Origin: Trypanosoma brucei
Taxonomy: Eukaryota
Direction of reading: 5' to 3'
NCBI GenBank assembly: GCA_000002445.1
Contig: AL929603.2
Coordinates: 448,001-512,000, forward strand
DNA length: 64,000 nt
Below, in pieces: positions 45,786 through 56,500 of the stretch; position 1 is the stretch's first letter, and each line of letters starts with the position of its first letter. The notes below the pieces were generated by a model. The model was not told the origin of the DNA, did no database searches, and saw only the letters and a list, made by a program, of their open reading frames with translations. Both the position numbers and the translations under genes were made by a program.

Positions 45786-48700
45786 GTGAAAGTAACCTTT
45801 ATGTTACCATCCTCTCAGGACCAACTACCGAGTGAGAAAACGAGTAGAACAACGGCGGATGCGGTGCGACGAGTGGCCGCTTATCCCATAGACTTCAACA
45901 CGGCGCAAAGCAGCACCATAACACATCAACAACAACAGCAGCTTAAAAGCTGTGCCGGTATTGATTTGAACCTCCATCCGTTATGCCAACAGCATTTTTA
46001 CACAGGAGAAATGATGCGCGGAGGGGAAGGGAGTAGAGGCGCTCTGATCCCCCACGGGAAGGGGACTTTACTGTGGGTGTTGTATGCTACAGCCCCAGAT
46101 ATTTCCTTCACGGATCCCTCAGGGTCCGTGGGATTACCATACGAATTGCTAGTCCGTGAGTTCGGGGAGGTGAACACACTGCGTGATGCTGTGCTGCTTG
46201 CCCTTTGCGTGTACTCGGGTTCATTCAACTCTGGCAAGAAATGGGGCGGTGGTAGCCTCACCATCTACCCCCAGTGCGTGAAGTTAGACTGCTGTTGGGA
46301 GGATGGCAAACCCATGTTGAAAAGAAACTACTGTGTGCTGTATTACCCGGCCTCGTCACAGGCAGCGTCGTGCGGCGATAGTGCTGGGAGTAACTCCGGT
46401 AGGAGCGGTGGCAGTTCCGATTCTACTGCCAGTTTGGGAACACTACTGAGAAGCGGGCTGACACGCGCTGGGAAAGCGGCAACTGCATCGACGGCTAATC
46501 ATCAGTATATTGGTATGCTTACCATGACGACTGTTGCCGGGAAGGCACAATGCTCCCTCACAGCGGGGCTGGCTTGGTCGCAACACGTGCAGTTTATGCC
46601 GGATGGTATAGGAGAGATGTGTTACCAGGGAGGCGTACGCTACTGTGGTGAGTGGAAGTCTGGCAGACAGCATGGTTTTGGCGTGGAATTTGACCCAAAC
46701 GGCTTTGGGAGTATGGTATACATTGGTAGATTTGAAAACAACCGTCGGTGTGGTACGGGTACCTTGTACAATTGCAAAGCAGGAGTGGTAGTTAGTGGTA
46801 CGTGGAGTGAAGGAAAGTTGTGTAGTGCAGTAGATGTAGGACTACCAAGTTGGCCCTTCGTGCTTCGCAACGCCCAGTGGACGAACGTTGATGAATGGTC
46901 GTTCGAAAAGGCTTCCCTAGTGCACTCGGATACTTCACTGAATGGTACATGGGAACCTTTGTTCTCAGACTTTGATAGCGCACTCACGGACCCCGCAGAT
47001 CTTGAAAAGGAAGAAATGTTGTTGCAGAAAGGTACCAACGGGGGTAGAGACTCAGATGCTGATGGTGGCGCCGACGAATGGGAACGGTCTAGTGTCATCA
47101 TGCTGCTTCGATCTTTCCTGCAGCGAACGGAACTCAAGGCGACTCTCATGCTCTTCCAGCGCTGCTTTTATTTCTTGTACAAACCGTGTGCGGGGGGAGC
47201 GCGGTGGCTTGATGCAGAGATGTTGACACCCCTGAGGAAGTCGAAACAGCAGCAGAATGATGGCGAGCCGGCAACAGTGGGGTCTTCTGGAGCCTCCCTT
47301 CCAGTGTTCGCAAAGCTCCGTGATCTTGGTCGGACTGACTGTGGAATTTCATTTTTCTCAGACCGTGGGCGCCACTGGTGCGCCCCGTCGTGGTGTAACG
47401 AGATGGGTTTAGGTAGTGGAGGGGGGAATAGTACAGGTGGGGATGGTTACGTTGGTTATGGTTGCTTTCACACGGCAAGCACTGCAGAGGGTCTCGCGGC
47501 ACGTCTGCCTCCTGAGGCACTCTTCAAATGGGCTGCTCGTGACCTTGCTTTCGTTGTGTCATCGGTTAGATTGCGTTTGCTGTCGTGTATTGCTTCACAT
47601 CCGGCAGCGGGTAGCCTGGTGGGGAGCAGGCACGTCCTCGCAGTTTGTTGGGATACAGTGTACTCTTTAGTGGCACCGGTCATGCATGATCTTGCGAGTG
47701 CCGTGGAAATAAAAGCGTACTTGGAAACTTCTATGGCATTAAAGCGATGCATAAACCTCTGTCCTTCAGGTTTTGTTTGCTCCACTCACTTGTCAGAAGC
47801 TAGCTCTGCAGCGGTGAGCAATGATGAAATCCAAGGAGTGATAAGGCGATGTGGTTTCGTCTTCTCCTCACCCTCCCGTCACTGGCGCCGTCGTGCAACG
47901 GAAACAAATAACGGTAAACTTCTGCAGTTCGGACCGTATGTTAGTAACGAAATAGATTGTACTAGTGAGGAAGCTGTAACTTATGCGACACCATCTACTC
48001 TGCTCGCCGCTTTCGCCACTCTCCGTTGCTATGCCGATCGTCTTTTCCCACGGAATGAACTTCTGCGAGAACGATGGATGAGTGGTAGCATTGCCAACGC
48101 CTTCACGAAGGCCGCGGAAGTGCATCCGCAACTGGCGATGAGTCCTCCTGCCGTACTTCGCGTGCTGGCCACCCTCGCTACAGAGGTCAACCCAGCTTAT
48201 CCCTTCGCCATGGAAGACGTACTCGGCATAGATGAGCAGCGGGGCGTGACGCTCAGTTCAACTCGCATCGATAGTGGCGACAGAGATGCGAGTATAACGG
48301 ATGTGATGTCATTACTTCTAGCTGCGCACGAAAGCGCTGTACGTTTGCGGCATGCTTACCCTAATATTCGTCATGTGGTGAGTTATGTGGTTTCCTCTGG
48401 ATCAGGAACGCACAATGCACACAGATTCGATGCCGTTTACCCTCTTGATGAATTAGCTGTCCGTACCCGTTTTGTGCTTCTTGGGGTTGCCGCTGAAGTT
48501 GTCCAGCAGCAGCACATGTGGTTCGGGCGTTTGGTTAGTAGGGATAACGTCAGGAGTGGTAACGGGGAATGCAACAATAGTTACCTATACTGTTCTGATG
48601 AGGATGTGGCTCATCCCCAAGTGATGAGTAATGATGCCTCCGGTGATGAGCTGGCCCAAATGAAGGAGCGCGCTGAGCGTGTTTTACGGCTGCCTGTGTG

Positions 48701-49577
48701 GGTGATGCAAGAGCAAATTAGTAAGCGGTGTGCAGATCAGCACACGCCAGTGGGAAAAGGTGAGAGAAAGCTGCAAACGCAAACTCCGTCAACGGAGGTA
48801 TTGCGGTGGGTAATGAAGTGCGTTGGATCCATATTAGAACTACCGAATGTTTCCAAAGTACAGGGCCAGTCGACGCAGCAGGCGAAAGCATCAAGACAGC
48901 GGTCGCTCGACTCTTCGGTAAGGGTAACACAAGACCTTTGGCAAGCGGACCCGGTTCTGGCTGTTAGCAGTGAGTGTAACGACGAAGATTGTGGTCGTAG
49001 GGAATCCCTAAGTGACAGTGGTCTGCTGGGTCAGTCGTTTAAGTGGAAGCATTTCCTTCCCAGTATTCCTCCTTTCACTGTTGCTGCTGCTGACGCCCGC
49101 AGGCACACCGTAGCTGTCGAACTCGCCGCAACACAGTTTATCACGGGAACGCAACCAGACGCGCTGCTAACAAGTGGTGAAATTCTCAATTTTGCACTGA
49201 TTCAAAAACTTTTGGCAGACGTAGGTGTTACTGCGAAACTTTGCATGCGCTTCTGTTACGACAACGAGGAGGACTCCCTCTTCAGTCCGCAGTTAGGTGC
49301 TACTCGTGGTAACGGTGAGGACTTAACTCTTTCGTTCAATTCGTTAAATGCTGCCGCCAACGAGGAGGAAAGCGACACTCCGGCCTCCGTGAGTTGCGTG
49401 GGGCGTGAAGCAGAATTTACACTTCATATGGGGTCGGACTTTATCGGATCGTTGTGTTGGGATGTTTTGGCGGATGCGTGGATGGCGGCTTTGACGTCCC
49501 TGCGTACTGAAACAATGGATGTCCAAAGGCTAGCAAAATTGACAGTTGTTCGTCAATCTGATACCGGAGATGTTTGA
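45786..49577 (+). CDS. MORN-repeat-containing protein of 1263 aa.
   Basis: Tandem MORN-like units (Y-x-G-x-W/F-x-x-G-x-x-H/G-G-x-G) occur around 46615-46820: 'MCYQGGVRYCGEWKSGRQHGFGVEFDPNGFGSMVYIGRFENNRRCGTGTLYNCKAGVVVSGTWSEGKL'. An additional unit sits near the N-terminus: 'YTGEMMRGGEGSRGALIPHGKGTLLWV'. Confidence 0.75.
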   Translation: MKVTFMLPSSQDQLPSEKTSRTTADAVRRVAAYPIDFNTAQSSTITHQQQQQLKSCAGIDLNLHPLCQQHFYTGEMMRGGEGSRGALIPHGKGTLLWVLYATAPDISFTDPSGSVGLPYELLVREFGEVNTLRDAVLLALCVYSGSFNSGKKWGGGSLTIYPQCVKLDCCWEDGKPMLKRNYCVLYYPASSQAASCGDSAGSNSGRSGGSSDSTASLGTLLRSGLTRAGKAATASTANHQYIGMLTMTTVAGKAQCSLTAGLAWSQHVQFMPDGIGEMCYQGGVRYCGEWKSGRQHGFGVEFDPNGFGSMVYIGRFENNRRCGTGTLYNCKAGVVVSGTWSEGKLCSAVDVGLPSWPFVLRNAQWTNVDEWSFEKASLVHSDTSLNGTWEPLFSDFDSALTDPADLEKEEMLLQKGTNGGRDSDADGGADEWERSSVIMLLRSFLQRTELKATLMLFQRCFYFLYKPCAGGARWLDAEMLTPLRKSKQQQNDGEPATVGSSGASLPVFAKLRDLGRTDCGISFFSDRGRHWCAPSWCNEMGLGSGGGNSTGGDGYVGYGCFHTASTAEGLAARLPPEALFKWAARDLAFVVSSVRLRLLSCIASHPAAGSLVGSRHVLAVCWDTVYSLVAPVMHDLASAVEIKAYLETSMALKRCINLCPSGFVCSTHLSEASSAAVSNDEIQGVIRRCGFVFSSPSRHWRRRATETNNGKLLQFGPYVSNEIDCTSEEAVTYATPSTLLAAFATLRCYADRLFPRNELLRERWMSGSIANAFTKAAEVHPQLAMSPPAVLRVLATLATEVNPAYPFAMEDVLGIDEQRGVTLSSTRIDSGDRDASITDVMSLLLAAHESAVRLRHAYPNIRHVVSYVVSSGSGTHNAHRFDAVYPLDELAVRTRFVLLGVAAEVVQQQHMWFGRLVSRDNVRSGNGECNNSYLYCSDEDVAHPQVMSNDASGDELAQMKERAERVLRLPVWVMQEQISKRCADQHTPVGKGERKLQTQTPSTEVLRWVMKCVGSILELPNVSKVQGQSTQQAKASRQRSLDSSVRVTQDLWQADPVLAVSSECNDEDCGRRESLSDSGLLGQSFKWKHFLPSIPPFTVAAADARRHTVAVELAATQFITGTQPDALLTSGEILNFALIQKLLADVGVTAKLCMRFCYDNEEDSLFSPQLGATRGNGEDLTLSFNSLNAAANEEESDTPASVSCVGREAEFTLHMGSDFIGSLCWDVLADAWMAALTSLRTETMDVQRLAKLTVVRQSDTGDV

Positions 49578-50193
49578 TGTCAGGTGCTGCAGTTTGCTGA
49601 TGAGCGGAGCTCTACGACTTCATTAATATGTCATCTCTTCTTTTTTATTGTTGGTGTGTTTCTTTTTTTTTTTTTCGGTGGAACTACCGATGGCCCTAGT
49701 TGGCGATGCAGTCCCCACCAACACCACAACGGTGTTATGTACGAATATATCAATATGTGTGTTCGTATATGCATATATACTTGCTTTACGTCTAGCGACT
49801 GGAGGAAGAAGTTAGCTGCCTCTCGTGTTACGCAGGGAAAGCTAATGCTTGACGTGGAAAAAAAAAGGGAAAAGAAAGGAGCGGAAAAAAGTGTATGAAT
49901 TAAATGAGAAAGACATGGCTCCACGTAAGTGGCCTCTTTCGTGCTGTGTCAGTACTACTGCACATCTTACTGTGTGTGTGTGTGTGCATCTGCACTAGTC
50001 CTGTATCATGCAGCAGAAGGTTAATGGTGTTTGGATTTACGTGTAAATTAACAATTTTTACCGTCTTTTCTCTCCTCTCCTCCCTCTTCTCTCGAAGCTG
50101 CTGGTCGTCCTTACATTTGACCACAACTACAAAAATACATTCAAGAAAATTTCCCTTACTCTGTTCCAAGTAAGAAAGGAGGGAAAAAAGGCG

Positions 50194-51519
50194 ATGAAGG
50201 GATGTACGCTCCAGAATAACTTCAATCATACAGCACCATTTTGCGGTGAATGGAACAGCACGATACTGAGTGGCTCACTGCCACCCAACAGTGGCGGCAG
50301 TAGCTGCGTTATTAACCTCATAAAGGACGAAGTTCACACTGTTAACGGTAACACACCGCGTGGCATCACCATCACCAGTGACACCACAAAAGATGGCGTT
50401 TTTTGTACGATGGATGCCAACGGCTGTCCATTTGCAGTTGATCGGGAAATAGAGAGAGGTGTAAATAGAATGAAGGCAATCACGAAACACGGAACATGCC
50501 ACATGGCGTATGCAACCAGCGGCGGTCGGACGTGTGACGACTCATACGACCGCAGCACACGGAATTATCACGATGAGGAAGATGAGGAATGGTACGAAGA
50601 GGATGAAGAGGAAGGGGAGGACTCACCTCGCATTCACATCATCGATGAGCACCGTGACGGGCGGCTGTTGGGTAATATATTATGTGGCATGTCTAGAGCG
50701 GGGGAGCGGATATCACAAGGGTTAGATATGTTATCGCCACTAGAAAAACGAAAATCCGGTAGGTGCGCGGCTATAGAATCCGTAGACTATAATAATACGC
50801 GGAGACGCGGCGGTGGTGGTGCAGAAACCCAGAAGGGGTTGTTTCAGAACTATTACAATACGGGAAGGGGAAGGTGGGCAAGTAGAAACCATTGCCGCAC
50901 CAACGGTTGGGATGAGTCCGTTTCCGTGGAGTCTTGTTTCTCCCACACATATAACCAGCAGTGGAGGGGCCGCGAGCCGGACTACGCCATGATGGAAGCC
51001 CATGCGGCTCTGGACGGTCGTTCGTTTTGTGAGGGCACTTATCTATCAAGTACAAAGCTATCGGAAAGAAAAAAAAGAGTTGCCTTATCAGGGTCCCGTG
51101 TTTGCCGGGATGCTGGAAAGGTAATTGTGCAAGACAACTGCCCATATGACCACAAAAAACGGCACAAGGGAAGACGCCAGTGTCAGTCGCCTTTCGGTGA
51201 AGAGAAAATAAGGGCGAATGATCCCTTTGATTCACCTAAAAATGCGATCACCCACATAAAGAAGGCAGGAAGTGCTGGTAGTGATGACAACGACAGCTGC
51301 AACCCGCATAGCAAAAGCCCGGGTTTAACTGGAAGTGGAAGCAGGTGCAGCCAAAAGGAAACAGCGGGAAGGAGCGCAGAGCAGAGGAATGGAAGTGGTA
51401 AGGCGGCCTCACCCAAAACAAGTCCACATAAAGACGAACTGAAGGAGAAGGAAAGTACTGTCGTCAAGAAGGAAAAAGTCTCGTGTGGTTGTTTCGGTGG
51501 ATCGCGTGAAAAGCGTTAG
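50194..51519 (+). CDS. Hypothetical protein of 441 aa with an acidic 'DEEDEEWYEEDEEEGED' patch and several Cys/His clusters.
   Basis: A long ORF on the polycistron strand. No confident domain. Confidence 0.55.
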   Translation: MKGCTLQNNFNHTAPFCGEWNSTILSGSLPPNSGGSSCVINLIKDEVHTVNGNTPRGITITSDTTKDGVFCTMDANGCPFAVDREIERGVNRMKAITKHGTCHMAYATSGGRTCDDSYDRSTRNYHDEEDEEWYEEDEEEGEDSPRIHIIDEHRDGRLLGNILCGMSRAGERISQGLDMLSPLEKRKSGRCAAIESVDYNNTRRRGGGGAETQKGLFQNYYNTGRGRWASRNHCRTNGWDESVSVESCFSHTYNQQWRGREPDYAMMEAHAALDGRSFCEGTYLSSTKLSERKKRVALSGSRVCRDAGKVIVQDNCPYDHKKRHKGRRQCQSPFGEEKIRANDPFDSPKNAITHIKKAGSAGSDDNDSCNPHSKSPGLTGSGSRCSQKETAGRSAEQRNGSGKAASPKTSPHKDELKEKESTVVKKEKVSCGCFGGSREKR

Positions 51520-52731
51520 ATATGAGTCGAACTCGCCTTTGGCTCACATACGTCATTGTTCAAGCACACAAGTTTTACGAACTCATGGGGCAGGGAGGGG
51601 GACGGTACCGGTAGCGGTGGCTCCCCTATATACAACATTGTGATACGCGTATGCAGCTACGAAATATTGTGGGTAAGAGCATATAAGCAGGTGTATATGT
51701 GTATGTATTTTGTAGGGTTATAGATTTTTTTCTCGTATATTGTTTTGGGTAACTGTGACGGACATGGGGGGGGGGGTTTACATTATCAGGGAATCGAATG
51801 GAAGCAATACCATTCTCCGCCGTAGTGTCCACTAGCGTTTCCCAATTTCCCTGACAGCGTTAGCGAAGCTGGCCTCAAATAGAAAAAAACGGTATGAAAC
51901 CGTAAGCAAGTTGGTGTATACATGTACACTCCTCTACATGAATATAAGTGATCATATGGTAAGGATCGTTTCACTACAGCCACTCCTTTTCTTTGCTACC
52001 GTCACTATCATTAACATTGTTGTGAAAAAAAAACTCTAGAGAAGAGCATGGGAGAAAGTATTCACCGATTGTTTTTTGTTTTATTTATTTCTGTGTCGGC
52101 TTCATCGTCTCAAAATATTCATATGCGAAGTTATTGGTAGTAGTTTTGTTGCGGAAGCACCACAAACGAATGGCGTGCACACCTCAGATTATTAATAAAA
52201 GAGTTAAATCATCCCTTCTAGACACTGTTTTGTGTCTTCTACCTTCCTTGCAACCTACTTACTTCCTTTCTTTTTTTTTGTCGTGCACACGCACAGAAGA
52301 ACACATGCACTTGTGGGATTTCCTGCTCTTTTCTCATTCTTTCACTATTCATTCCCTGAAAGCTTACTGGCTTCTAAATGTGGTTGCCAAGTAGGGAAAT
52401 AGCACTGGAAAGGACAAGGGAAAGTGTGGTGGGAAGGAAAGGGAAGTGAAGTGAAGTGATGAAGTTGGACCCAAAAGATGTCTCATTCCTTCTTTAAATA
52501 TATCCCCTCTGTTTTCACCTCCTCCTTTGGGAGTTGATTTATCACTATTTTACCTCCTTGCGTGGATGAGCGCATGCTTTTGTGCTTCATTGTTAACTTC
52601 TTATGACCGTGCGCTATTGTGTGCGCATTCAAGTGAGAGGCGCCTTAACGGCTATCATTTACATCCATACATCCGTCACGTGCTTCGTGTTGTATGTGCC
52701 CGCGTTCTTGTGGTGATGTAATTCCTTTTTT

Positions 52732-52880
52732 GTTTTTTTCTTCCTTCGCCTCCCTCTCCCACTTGCCTCGCATATAAAATTGTCATTTTCTTCTGCCCTC
52801 CTCCTCGTTACTGAAGTTTCTCCACCTGTTTCACACTACCATTTTCGCTCCCGCTCCCCTTCTCGACATTTCTTTATAGG
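52732..52880 (+). promoter_or_regulatory. Long polypyrimidine (CT-rich) tract about 0.7 kb upstream of the TOR start codon. It is a candidate trans-splice acceptor region and implies either a long purine-rich 5' UTR or an unannotated small gene.
   Basis: The run ttcctttttt...ctcccgctccccttctcgacatttctttatag is followed by the AG-rich 52925-53300. Confidence 0.4.
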
Positions 52881-53552
52881 CTCTGTGGGTAGGATATATA
52901 TATATATATATATATACAATTGCACACAGAGCAATATTCGGGAGGATTAGCAACGAAAGAAGAAAGGGAGGTGTAAAGGCACAAAAAGTGGCAAAATATC
53001 ATCCCGACGGGAGTGCCAGAAAGTTTTACAAACGAGGACGTGAATTCCTTTCGAGGAAAGGACAAGGAAAGAAGACTGATACGCAGTGAAGTGAAGAAGT
53101 GAAAGCAAGTGATTGCACAACCAAACAAACCAAAAGGAAGTTCGTACGCAAGAAGTCACGGAAGCGGAAAAAGTGGAGGAGTACAGCACGGAGAAAGAAA
53201 GGAAGAAGAGGATAGGCACCTTGTGGTGTTGGCCCCGCTCAACGGTGTTCCGCGGGTAGTTATACGTTTCGAGGAGGAAAGCAGCTTTGTGCTCCCCCTC
53301 TGAAAACCACACACCATCTCATACACATACACACATAAAGCAGTGTACGCTTTTCTTAACATATACCACACGAGGCGAGAGTGTAGTAGCCGGTACCCAG
53401 CACGGCATTAGGCGCGGGAAGGAAAAGCAAAGGGGAGAGAAAGTATATTTATTTATATAGTTGTACGGAAAGAAGAGAAAAGTTGCAAGGTGTTCAGCGG
53501 ATTACACGAATTTGTAATCTCCCTGCCTCGCAGCGGTAGGTAGGGGGTTTCA

Positions 53553-56500
53553 ATGCCGCGTTACACCGCCATGCGACGTCTCGGTCCAGTGGGCCATAGC
53601 GGTGGAATAAGTTCAAACGGTGTCACCACTGTTGGTGCCGTCACCGCGAGTAATGTCGGTAACGGCGTTGTCAACATCGGCGGAGATGGATCTCAGGGCG
53701 TTGCAATGGGCCCCGGTGCAACGGATGTGGCTTCGGCTCGCCCGCTTCTTATTGTACCAAACACAACCTCCGCTGCTGGAGGCTCCGCAGACGTTAGTGA
53801 CGAGGAGGTTGATCAGTTATTAAGGGAGCTTGAACGCTCTGTCGATAGTCCACAGGCAGCTGCGGTTATGCGTGACGCTGTGTGGGCTATTGAGCGACGT
53901 GCATTTTCTAGTTGTGACCCCCATAGTCGTGATTATTTCCTCGAGAGTCGTGTTCGGATTATCCTGATGAGCCTGTCGACGACAAGTGACGTAAAGCAGC
54001 TTCTGCTGGCCGTGGACTTCATTGAGGCCCTACTCGCTGTACCGTACACCAACCTGCAACACCGATTCACAAGGCTATGTAGGAGTCTAATGAACATACT
54101 GCGCTGTGGTATTGAGGAACCGGCAAGGGAAGCGCAGCGTGTTTTAAAGCGCATGCTGGTGACTGATTCGCAGTTCGGTGCTTATCACACCCCGTTGAGA
54201 TCATTCATTACAAAGGAACTCCGCGACAACTGCAAGGTGGCGCTCATGCGGTTATATGGTAGGGCACAGCAAGCCAACGTGTCCTTCACGCCTGATTTTC
54301 TCTCTACCATGCTAGCAGCGGAGGCAACGGCAGAGATCAGTCCACGGTTCATCACGGGGACGCTTCGGCAGCAGGTTCTGGAACTGGCAAGTATGCTAGC
54401 AGGTTTCTCTGATCTGTTGCTCCGTCGTGCCGCCTATCGGTGTATGGTGGTATTGTTCAAAAACACAAGCGCAATGCGACGCAAGGAGGTAGTGCTTGAG
54501 AACCGCCGAATAATAAACGAGGCGATCCGTTCGCTTAATTTGAGCCACAATAGTGAGTCGAGCATCATCTCCACACTTGAGACGCTTCGCGCCCTCCTTA
54601 GCAGCAGAGGGGTGCACTGCATGGACAAGCAAGTGAATACGCTTCCTCAATTATGTGTACTTGTCACTGAGCAACACAGAATTTCGAAGACAACAGCAGT
54701 GCGCAACGCAGTTTGTGACCTCGTGCCTGTTATTGCTGAAACCGACATCAGCTCTGCTGCTCGGCGTACAACATATTGCGCCATTATCATGGAGCCCGTA
54801 AAAAACGTCCGCGACGATTCTAACAAAGACCTGGAGCTGCGAAATCTAGCGATATTCATACAAAATGTAGGTTACGAGGTGTTGGACTCAACTAACAGGG
54901 TAAACTTAGACTCCATTATCCAGCGCTACATTACGCGACGTGGGACAGAGGAGGAGTGTTGGCACATTCTTGCGGCCATCTGCAGCTCACGGGCGAGACC
55001 GGAGACGCAGCGTACTCACATGTGTAGCAAAACAAGTTATATAGCCATGTCCTCCTCCTCCGCAATGCAGAAGGGCTGCGAAACGATCCAGGGGCACCAA
55101 AGTGGGGGCGAGATTAGCTTATCCGCGCAAGAACTTCGTTCGGCCAGCGCTGAGGCCCATTCAGTTTGCCAGTTGGTGGCCGGAGAATCCCAAAACAGTT
55201 GTAATAGTCACGAGCTCATGCAACCTGTTGAGGCTCTTGTTCGGCGGTGTCTTCCCCACATGGTCCACGCCGTTCTTTCTGATGAATTTGTGCGTTACAT
55301 CACCATCATACAAGATCACCTTCCGTCGTTGAGCTCGGACCTGCAGACGTATCTCGACCAACTAGTAAATCGTACACTGAGGAACGATAAGCGTAAATAT
55401 TGTGGCGGTGAAGTGGAGGACGGCGCTCTCGTCGCTCAGGTATTTGCTGGGGACCGCCTATCGACGGAACTGGGGAACTCTCAGCCACAGGAAGACATCA
55501 TACAGTCATCCACATTAGCCTATGTCACCGCGATGGGGCGTTTAGCGCAATACTTACTACCTACCACCCTACCTGAAGGAGGTGCCATAAACTGGCAGCA
55601 GAGTCAAGGAGCAACAAGTACGACTGCCACTGATGGCAATGGTCAAGGTTATAGCTTAGGATCAGTGGAAACCTTTTGCAAAAGTGTGGTGGCTGGGCAA
55701 CCACAATTGGTATCGCCTGAAAGTACACTTAGTAGTGCCGCAGGAGCCACAACAGCCGAGGTTTGCAGTGGGGCAGCACCCGACTCTGTGGGTGCCTCAG
55801 AGCTCAAAATAGCGCTGGAGGTCTTTTCAAAGCGACAGATAACATCGAGCGATCAGCTAAGGGAAGTGAGTGACATTATCATTCAATACCAGCGACATCC
55901 GGACAAGCGGGTACGGCAGCAATGTTGTACAACCGTTATCGAGGCACTCAAGTGCTGGGCACGGTACTCACAAAGCGACCGAACATCAGCTTATTCAAGC
56001 CTGGTGCCGGATCTACTAGAAGTGTACTTGAAAAATGTCGCCATGGAGTTGGATCCGAAGGTGCGGCTTGTGGAAGTGACACTGCTAGCCGACGCTGTGG
56101 AGTTGCGAATGTTTCTTAGGGAAAAACGCATTATCGATACATTGATAAGTTTTCTGCACGATATATCGCATGTGCGTGAAAAGACCATGGAGCTGCTGGT
56201 GACGCTCGCGCAAGACAACCACACCGGTCCTTCGGTGGAGACAGTGCAGTATAGTCTACTCATTGTGGTGGAGTCTTCCGTGGCGGCGTTAGAGTACTCG
56301 AGCGATCCCCGCATTCTCATTCGACACATGTCAGACCTGCAAACGGTGGCTAAATTCAGTCTTAGGCCGCTAATGGGGCATCTGGATCGTACGTTTGTCG
56401 CCTGTCGCCGGCGCCTTGTGGAAGAGGTAGTACCTGACACCATTGCGTTGTCTACGCTCAAAACGTTGCGAACTATACTGGAGGCCATAAAGCGAGAGGA

